Source: Candidatus Micrarchaeota archaeon
GTDB taxonomy: Archaea; Micrarchaeota; Micrarchaeia; Anstonellales; J096
Direction of reading: 5' to 3'
NCBI GenBank assembly: GCA_013153395.1
Contig: JAADEL010000049.1
Coordinates: 1-36,877 of the forward strand
DNA: 36,877 nt
Under the pieces are notes generated by a model. The model ran no database searches, was not told where the DNA came from, and worked only from the letters and a program-made list of their open reading frames with translations. Below are positions 20,145 to 26,675 of this stretch, piece after piece. Each line of letters opens with the position of its first letter. Position 1 is the first letter of the stretch. The translations under genes were made by a program, and so were the position numbers.

Positions 20145-21209
20145 TTAAATAACTATCGTGTTCAGAGGTGGGAGCTTGAGATTGCTTTCCAGTTCTTTTA
20201 TTTTAGAAAGAGGGGCATTGATAGAGACCTTGTCAGGAGCAAGGTTGCAGCGTTCCTTTACCTTGGAAGAAAGGTCATAGGTGCCGATTTCGCGGGCTTT
20301 GTCTATAATCTCTTGTTTGTTAAAACCGATAAGAGGTCGAAGGATGAGCATGGAAGTAATCTCGGAGATGGTGGAGAGGTTTCCTAGGGTTTGGGTGGAG
20401 ACCTGTCCTAGGCTTTCGCCTGTAGCAAGGGCCAGTGCATCGATATCTTTGCCTACCTTCTCAGCCACCCGATAGAGCATTCTTTTGAAAACAACCATGC
20501 GATAGCGTTTAGGGACGGTGAAGATTTGCTGAACAATCTCCCTACCATCCACGAAATAGAGTTTGCCTTCCATGCCCCAATGTTCTTTAAGATAGCGATA
20601 AACCTCAAGCACATCTTCATGGGGCTTGTCAGAGAGAAAGAGATAATCAATCTGGGCACCTCGACGGGCCAGCATCCAGCCTGCCACCGGAGAATCCAGC
20701 CCCCCGGAGAACATCAACAATACCTTTCCTTGGCTGCCATAGGGTAGGCCTCCCGGACCCTTCAAGGGATTCATGAGGATTAAGGCTCGACCATGCCTAA
20801 TCTCAACCTGAATTGTTTCATCATATTGTTTCACACCTAGCTTTATTCGTTCATGTAAAAGGGAGGCTAGCTTTTGGGCGATCTCAATAGAGGTGCCGGG
20901 ATAGGATTTGTCTGCTCTCTTTACCTCTAGCTTATAGACCTTATCGGGTGAGGCATGCTGGGTGATGGTAGAGGCAATACTCTCTAGGTCCTTTTCACTC
21001 TCTATAACATCCCATACCTCGGTGATGCCAAAAACGCGGGCAAGTTTTTCTTTATCCCCTTCAGCAAAGAGGCGGCCCTCCTTAAAGTAGGCCCAGCCAC
21101 CCATCCGTTCAATATTGCGGAAAAGCTGCTGAAAAAGGCGGCGTTGGCTCTGCCTGCTTTTTAGCCCAAGTTCATCATACTTGAGCAGGTATTTATTCGC
21201 TGAGGGCAT
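20145..21209 (-). CDS. thiI: tRNA 4-thiouridine synthase ThiI (THUMP + PP-loop, no rhodanese domain)
   Basis: KYDELGLKS, KRADKSY, GPGGLPYGSQG, SGGLDSPVA, TGESLGQVSTQT, RPLIGFNK. Confidence 0.93.
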   Translation of the reverse strand: MPSANKYLLKYDELGLKSRQSQRRLFQQLFRNIERMGGWAYFKEGRLFAEGDKEKLARVFGITEVWDVIESEKDLESIASTITQHASPDKVYKLEVKRADKSYPGTSIEIAQKLASLLHERIKLGVKQYDETIQVEIRHGRALILMNPLKGPGGLPYGSQGKVLLMFSGGLDSPVAGWMLARRGAQIDYLFLSDKPHEDVLEVYRYLKEHWGMEGKLYFVDGREIVQQIFTVPKRYRMVVFKRMLYRVAEKVGKDIDALALATGESLGQVSTQTLGNLSTISEITSMLILRPLIGFNKQEIIDKAREIGTYDLSSKVKERCNLAPDKVSINAPLSKIKELESNLKLPPLNTIVI

Positions 21210-21516
21210 ACTTCATGCGATAGCCTTCCAGAGCCAGCCCGGTTTTGGTGGCATTTCGGGGCTTGCGAGAAACCTTGCTTATGTATTTATTGAACCAATA
21301 CCCAAAGTCGGAGAGGTTGTTAGTATGGTCAATCATCATATCAATAACGCTGGCAATAATGCGCTTGGCGCGTTCGTTGTTGCCCAAGAGAGCAAGGGCA
21401 ATAGCAATCTGATTCCTGAAATGGGCCTTGTCCTCATAAGACATCTGCTTCCATGCCTCCACTATGCGGCGACGGCGTTCCGGAGGAATCTGCTCAAACA
21501 CTCCCATCTTTACCAC
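21193..21516 (-). CDS. Hypothetical protein
   Basis: 107-aa ORF overlapping both neighbours, co-oriented with thiI. Confidence 0.65.
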   Translation of the reverse strand: MVKMGVFEQIPPERRRRIVEAWKQMSYEDKAHFRNQIAIALALLGNNERAKRIIASVIDMMIDHTNNLSDFGYWFNKYISKVSRKPRNATKTGLALEGYRMKYALSE

Positions 21517-21743
21517 TCCAATAATGGGTCGGTTGAACGGGTGCGGACCGCTTCCTCTAATCTCTCTACTAGCTCATCTGCTTCCTTTCTTGCTTCTAAG
21601 GCTAGGGGATTTGAATGGAATTGTTGGAGGATTTCCTCTAGTGCCTTGAGAGCCTCATCCACCTCTCGAAGAGAAGGAAGGGTTTCGAACATCTCTTTCT
21701 CAACTTGCTCAATTTCTTTATCTTCACGGTGTAGAATTGCCAT
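21510..21743 (-). CDS. Small acidic coiled-coil-like hypothetical protein
   Basis: 77 aa, E/L-rich helical pattern. TTATAAA about 24 nt upstream. Confidence 0.6.
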   Translation of the reverse strand: MAILHREDKEIEQVEKEMFETLPSLREVDEALKALEEILQQFHSNPLALEARKEADELVERLEEAVRTRSTDPLLEW

Positions 21744-21766
21744 ACTAATATTATGGGCCTAAATCT

Positions 21767-22036
21767 TTATAAGTCCCAAACATCTTCCGGTTCCTCGGTT
21801 ATAGGGATCCACTCTCCATCATAGTAGCGATAAAGCATTTTGTCTACCGAGTTGTAGAGCAAGAAGCTGGGATTGACGTTCTCTTCAGGCAAATCTATGG
21901 CAATATAGGGATAATTGAAGGTCCAAGGGATCTCCTCCCGAAAAGGATTCTCAACAATAAGAGCAATGCGCTTGGTCTCTTTCTTCTTTTGCTCACAATA
22001 TTGAATAATACGTTCAATATCTTCCTTTTTTGCCAT
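21767..22036 (-). CDS. Hypothetical protein (89 aa, MAKKEDIERII...)
   Basis: Start trimmed to ATG 22036 because the longer ORF runs through the tRNA. TTTAAA 23 nt upstream. Confidence 0.7.
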   Translation of the reverse strand: MAKKEDIERIIQYCEQKKKETKRIALIVENPFREEIPWTFNYPYIAIDLPEENVNPSFLLYNSVDKMLYRYYDGEWIPITEEPEDVWDL

Positions 22037-22066
22037 ATTTACATAAGGAAAATAAGGTTTTAAAGG

Positions 22067-22152
22067 TGGAGGGGGTGGGATTTGAACCCACGAACCCACT
22101 ACGGGACCAGGTCTTAAGCCTGGCGCCTTTGGCCTGGCTTGGCTACCCCTCC
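22067..22152 (-). tRNA. tRNA-Leu(UAA), intronless
   Basis: Acceptor GGAGGGG/CCCCTCC, discriminator A, anticodon arm CCAGG-CT-TAA-GA-CCTGG, long variable arm, T arm GTGGG-TTCAAAT-CCCAC. Only CC of CCA is encoded. Confidence 0.97.
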
Positions 22153-22175
22153 TACCACTATTTACCTCTAAAACC

Positions 22176-22183
22176 TTTTTAAA
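22176..22183. promoter_or_regulatory. Candidate bidirectional TATA box (tRNA-Leu / top6A)
   Basis: Palindromic TTTAAA at 22178-22183 is 26 nt from tRNA position 1 and 27 nt from ATG 22210. Confidence 0.55.
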
Positions 22184-22209
22184 TTCCACGGTATATAATG
22201 CTTATAATC

Positions 22210-24489
22210 ATGGATACGAAAAAGAAGCTGGAATTGTTAGGTAAGCAGATGGCTGAGCAAATCCTCCAAGGAAAATCTCCCACCTTCAAAACCAGGGTAA
22301 GGTCAAGGTCTAATGTGGTGCTAAATGATGGGATTTTAACGTTGGGAGAGCGATGGGAGGAGAGAACCTTTGCCAATGTTTCACAAGCCAAGATCTTTAT
22401 GCAAACGATGGCGGTAGCCAGCAAGCTAAAGAGCTTTCTTGACCAAGGACTCCACACCAGTATACGAGGCCTCTATTATCAGCTGAAGTTTAGCCTTGGA
22501 GAGGATCTAGACGAAAATCTCTTCGATGAACAGAGCGAGAGTAATGCGTTAGTGGAGGATTTAGAGGCGGCATTGGGTGTGAAACGAGAGGACTTCAATC
22601 TCACTACCGATAGAAAGGGTGTATTAGCAGGACCTATAAAAATCATAGATAGATTTGGAGGAGAGGAGGTAGTTATTGACGGAACAAAGATGGGTAGAAG
22701 CGGATGGATGATTCCTTCGGATGTGGATAATGACATGGAGATAAAAGAGGTGGATGCCAACTATGTGCTGGTGGTGGAAAAGGATGCACTCTGGCAACGT
22801 TTGAATGAGGACCGCTTTTGGGAGAAAGAAAAGGCCCTTCTGATCACCCCAAAAGGACAATCATCTCGTGGAACAAGAAGGTTGTTGAGAAAGTTAGCCG
22901 ATATGGGTTTGCCCATCTATGTGTTTAGCGTAGGGCCTGATACCTGGATTACCATTTATACTAAAGACAAAGTAGGGTTAAGGAAGATCTCCCAGCTTAA
23001 GGCAGGGGACGAGGTGTTTGATGGATTTGCAAAAAGGAGCGATAGTCCTTATTACTCAGAAGGAGTATCTCCAGCAGGCAGAGTATGGATAGTAAAGATA
23101 GGGCAAGTGGTGGAACATGAGCATAACGGAAAGATGTTTGAGATTGTGAACAACCAGGGAAAAAGCATCTGGGTAACAGAAAATCATTCTTTGATTGTGT
23201 TTAATTCCAGATTGTTTGTGATTGGGGAGAAAGTACCCGATGATATCACCCATTGGGACTATGGATTGGTGAGATATCTTCCCAATATGGAGATGTTAAC
23301 AGAATGGGAGGGAAAAAAGATTACCAAGGCCTTCATGATAAAGCTGGCTCTAAGCTGGGCTCCCGAGATAAGAAAGAGAAAATCGGTGGAGAAGCTCCTT
23401 CAAAAGCACAGGATTTCTTATAAAGAGGGAAAGCATACGTTGGAGCTAAAGGAAAAACTTCCTCTTCAGCCATGGGCGGATGAAGTGCTCAACATGCCCT
23501 ATAAGGAGGAGTTTATAAAGGCTTACTTCCTAGCCTATGGACAAAGAAAGTATGGCGGAATAACAGTAGAAGTCAGCGATGAGAGGGCCAAGGCAGTATT
23601 GACCACCTTGCTTGATCAACTCGACATAGACTACAATGCTTTAGATGACCAGATCACCTTAAAGACCTCCTTCCAATCGATAGAAAAAGGAAAGTTCCCT
23701 AAAATCAAGTTCCCGCTGAAGTTGTTCAAATCAGTGGAGTACCTCTTTAAGCTCAAGTATAAGAAATCCCTTCATAAGCTGGAGAAGCTTTCCCTGGAAG
23801 AATTCCGCGATTTTATCATGAATACTCCGCCTTCAAAGACCTATTGTTTGCTGGAGGATTGTAAGGAGGGGATTTCTCCTCCTATGCGGAAGCGGGCAAG
23901 AGATGTGTTGTTCAAGCAGAAGCTTATCACAAAAACCGGACGCTTAACCAATAAAGCCTTAAACATGCTTAGGAAGCTGGAGTTGTTGGAGAATATGGTA
24001 AGGCATAGGGTGGTGCCCCAGAAGCTTAAGATTGCCCGCGTCAAAACCAAGAAAACCAAGGTGTATGATATCTCGTTGCCGGGTGTAGGCACCTTTTTCG
24101 GGAATAGTATCGCTGTGCACAATACCGATTGTGATGCTTGGGGATGGTATATATATTGGACTTTGAAAACAGGCTCTATCAATCTTGCCTATCTAGGAAA
24201 AGAATTCACCGTACCAGAGGCCAAGTTTATTGGAGTGACGATGTCCGACATAGAGAAGTTCCCATTCTTAAAAAAGCTCACCATAAAGGCAAAAGAGGTA
24301 GACCTAAAAAGGGCTCAGGAGATGCTAAACTATCCTTGGATTAACAAGCATCCAGAATGGGTGAGAGAGCTTGAGCTTGTGCTTAAAACCAAAAAGAAGC
24401 TAGAGCAAGACGCCCTTCAAGGGCAAAGACTTACCTTTGTAGGAGAATACGTGAAAAAGAAAATAGAAGAGCAGGATTTCTTACCTTAG
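22210..24489 (+). CDS. top6A: DNA topoisomerase VI subunit A, intein-containing
   Basis: RGLYY (catalytic Tyr), DEQSES, VLVVEKDA, KGQSSRGTR, PIYVF/TDCDAWGWYI, KKLEQDAL. The start may be 22198. Confidence 0.95.
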   Translation: MDTKKKLELLGKQMAEQILQGKSPTFKTRVRSRSNVVLNDGILTLGERWEERTFANVSQAKIFMQTMAVASKLKSFLDQGLHTSIRGLYYQLKFSLGEDLDENLFDEQSESNALVEDLEAALGVKREDFNLTTDRKGVLAGPIKIIDRFGGEEVVIDGTKMGRSGWMIPSDVDNDMEIKEVDANYVLVVEKDALWQRLNEDRFWEKEKALLITPKGQSSRGTRRLLRKLADMGLPIYVFSVGPDTWITIYTKDKVGLRKISQLKAGDEVFDGFAKRSDSPYYSEGVSPAGRVWIVKIGQVVEHEHNGKMFEIVNNQGKSIWVTENHSLIVFNSRLFVIGEKVPDDITHWDYGLVRYLPNMEMLTEWEGKKITKAFMIKLALSWAPEIRKRKSVEKLLQKHRISYKEGKHTLELKEKLPLQPWADEVLNMPYKEEFIKAYFLAYGQRKYGGITVEVSDERAKAVLTTLLDQLDIDYNALDDQITLKTSFQSIEKGKFPKIKFPLKLFKSVEYLFKLKYKKSLHKLEKLSLEEFRDFIMNTPPSKTYCLLEDCKEGISPPMRKRARDVLFKQKLITKTGRLTNKALNMLRKLELLENMVRHRVVPQKLKIARVKTKKTKVYDISLPGVGTFFGNSIAVHNTDCDAWGWYIYWTLKTGSINLAYLGKEFTVPEAKFIGVTMSDIEKFPFLKKLTIKAKEVDLKRAQEMLNYPWINKHPEWVRELELVLKTKKKLEQDALQGQRLTFVGEYVKKKIEEQDFLP
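22927..24123 (+). mobile_element. Intein (399 aa) with degenerate LAGLIDADG-like region
   Basis: Block A SVGPDTWI, block B WVTENHSL, block F VYDISLPG, block G FFGNSIAVHN followed by Thr. Removal restores the conserved YVFTDxD. Confidence 0.92.
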
Positions 24490-25019
24490 AAAGGGTTGTC
24501 GGGCCTGAGCTTATAGGCTCGGAATTCCCTTCTTTTTTCAGCCTCCACTTTCCTAGCCACCTCCTGGAACTCCTGAGGAAGCTCATCTATTTGAGGCTTA
24601 GTAGAGGCATGCTTCCACATCAAGGCAAAGAGATCCTTGCGGTGTGGAAGATGCTGGACGAGTTTGAGGATGGATTTAAAGTCGGAGAGCTCTGGCGCTC
24701 TTTTTACCAATTGCTCAGCCACCTTCTCAAATCCCTTGGCAATAGCATAAGGGAGAGGATTGGTGTACTTTTTATCCACTAGCAGATCCTCCTTAGAGAG
24801 AAGTTGAAGAACCTCAAGAGCTAGCTTCTCATCCTCGATGGCTCGAAGCATATAGGTGAAGGGATTGTTGCGAGTGGCAATAATAAGCTCCGCCAACGCT
24901 GACACAAAAGAAGGTCCATATTGTTGGATTCCCCTCTTGAGGACGCGACAGAATCTCTCTCTATCGTAATGTACTCCAAAGGCAGCTTTCGCATAATCGG
25001 TGTAAAATGCCACTCTCAT
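24486..25019 (-). CDS. Hypothetical helical protein with an ankyrin-like segment
   Basis: 177-aa ORF. TNPLPYAIAKGFEKVAEQLVKR resembles the ankyrin consensus. Confidence 0.6.
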   Translation of the reverse strand: MRVAFYTDYAKAAFGVHYDRERFCRVLKRGIQQYGPSFVSALAELIIATRNNPFTYMLRAIEDEKLALEVLQLLSKEDLLVDKKYTNPLPYAIAKGFEKVAEQLVKRAPELSDFKSILKLVQHLPHRKDLFALMWKHASTKPQIDELPQEFQEVARKVEAEKRREFRAYKLRPDNPF

Positions 25020-25039
25020 ACATAAATTACCACCAAATC

Positions 25040-25669
25040 TTATTTAAACCTTTCTATAGCACAATCTACCACATATTGTTGTGCCTTGCTCATATAATGA
25101 AGGCGTAATAGCTTAGGGTCTAGATCCCACAAGGAGTAGACAGTAGGATGCTTGAGTTGGTCAAGATGGGCAAGCAAGGTTAATGGCACAGGAAGGCCAG
25201 CGGTACGGTCAGCCGCCACATTAGCCCATCTCTTTTTGCCATTCCAGAAAGGGTAATCCTTATGGTTGTGGATATGGCCATGCACCAAGATATGACCGTT
25301 TTGGTTACGGTTGAATTGTCGGGGATTATGGATAAAGGCAAACTTATGAGTCTTCCCGTTAAAACGAATGCGATAAAAATTGGCAAACATCACTTTAGGA
25401 TGGTGTCCATTTATCCGGTCATGATTGCCCATTATAAAAGAGGAAAGATTACGCGGAAGCCTTTTTAGCCATGGGAAAGGAGATTCATCCCTTGCCATAT
25501 CCCCTACAAAGATCACACTTCCATCTGAGGTAATCTCCTTCCAGACTTTTAACAGAACCCGGTTCATTTCGTTCACATCGTCAAAACGCCTTTTCTCCCG
25601 GTTTCGAAACCTTAACACCACTACGTCCCCAAAGTGGGTATCAGCCACCGTGTAAAACACTTTCCCCAT
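25040..25669 (-). CDS. Calcineurin-like metallophosphoesterase
   Basis: ADTHFG, VGD, GNHD, H, HGHIH, NVAAD. Confidence 0.88.
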   Translation of the reverse strand: MGKVFYTVADTHFGDVVVLRFRNREKRRFDDVNEMNRVLLKVWKEITSDGSVIFVGDMARDESPFPWLKRLPRNLSSFIMGNHDRINGHHPKVMFANFYRIRFNGKTHKFAFIHNPRQFNRNQNGHILVHGHIHNHKDYPFWNGKKRWANVAADRTAGLPVPLTLLAHLDQLKHPTVYSLWDLDPKLLRLHYMSKAQQYVVDCAIERFK

Positions 25670-25672
25670 ATT

Positions 25673-26668
25673 CTACCTTTCCCGAACATTTTTTAAAACA
25701 TCTAGGAAAAAGTCCCAGGTTTTTACCACCGTCAGATCCCTACATCTTACCTCGCGCCCTAGGACCTCAGAGAAAGAAGGGGTTGTCCTGCCTTCATCGC
25801 CGTGAAAAAGTTCTTTGATATAAGTGCCTGCCTCAGCGGCCACATAGGTAAAGGTCTCGAAGCTCTTTACCCAATAAACGGTCTTTTTACGGGTTTTCTT
25901 TGCCCTCCGGTTTTCCACCCTCTTAGGTGTATATTGGGAGATAACGAGGTTTTGAAAGGTAGATTCCAGCTTCTTCCTTTCCTCGGGAGAGAAAGGATCA
26001 TGATGGCAGAGATAGAGCTTGTCAAAATGAGAATCCGAGACCAACTTCACAAAGCTCCTGGGCACCTTCCCATAGATAATGGCAACTACCTCGGGTGTTT
26101 CAATAAGGCCTTGGAAGTCCTGGAAGCTCTCGGGTTTTTGGAGCTCCATCACAAAGGCCCTGCCCCCGATGTTAAAGGCATCCACATCCTCCCTGCCTGA
26201 AGCATGCATATAATAGGCCTTGGGCTTGTAGATTTGAGAGAGATAATCTCCGATAATCTCCTCCACTGAGTTCCACTTCTTGCGATGCCAGCGCTTTTGG
26301 GATATCATGTTTTTGAGCTTGAAATATCTCCCGAATAAAAAGAGGTCTCCTTTTTCCAGACTGTAGCCCTCAGGCGTGACGTTGATTATGGTCTCCGCAT
26401 TATCATAATCTAACACAAGGTTGTTGCGCTCTAGGATGAACTTCCTTATGTCAGAGGCCAGCGTGCTGCGAGGATTAAAGAGATAGTTTTCCTCATTAAA
26501 GCCGGAGATGCGGATAGCTGCCTTGCCCTCTAGCCCCTGCAAGGATTCCAGCTTCTCAAATATGTTATAGCATACTGGACAGGATCCGGGCTTGGGAGCA
26601 ACATTATATCGGTAAGCGCATCTCTCACATACCACGCTTTTGTGTAAAGGATAGGGATTAAAAAGCAT
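25673..26668 (-). CDS. pus10: tRNA pseudouridine(54/55) synthase Pus10
   Basis: CERC/CPVC zinc site, GRYFKL-SQ, HASGREDVD, QYTPKRV, AGTYIKEL-HGDEGRTTPS. Start trimmed to ATG 26668. Confidence 0.92.
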   Translation of the reverse strand: MLFNPYPLHKSVVCERCAYRYNVAPKPGSCPVCYNIFEKLESLQGLEGKAAIRISGFNEENYLFNPRSTLASDIRKFILERNNLVLDYDNAETIINVTPEGYSLEKGDLFLFGRYFKLKNMISQKRWHRKKWNSVEEIIGDYLSQIYKPKAYYMHASGREDVDAFNIGGRAFVMELQKPESFQDFQGLIETPEVVAIIYGKVPRSFVKLVSDSHFDKLYLCHHDPFSPEERKKLESTFQNLVISQYTPKRVENRRAKKTRKKTVYWVKSFETFTYVAAEAGTYIKELFHGDEGRTTPSFSEVLGREVRCRDLTVVKTWDFFLDVLKNVRER

Positions 26669-26675
26669 CCTGCTT

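Noticed and set aside
21181-21762. 193-aa plus-strand ORF and similar long antisense ORFs (4168..4677, 5767..6261, 34369..34908)
   Set aside because: They are shadows of better-supported genes on the opposite strand, with atypical composition and no motifs.
21193-22067. Integrated element at the tRNA-Leu 3' end
   Set aside because: No integrase, and I saw no duplicate of the tRNA 3' end; the downstream ORFs are coupled to thiI.
22037-22189. N-terminal extension of the 140-aa ORF 21767..22189
   Set aside because: It runs through tRNA-Leu; ATG 22036 has its own TATA box.
25040-25669. Phosphoesterase as the end-healing partner of the RNA ligase at 106..627
   Set aside because: Biochemically plausible, but the genes are 25 kb apart with no linking evidence in the sequence.
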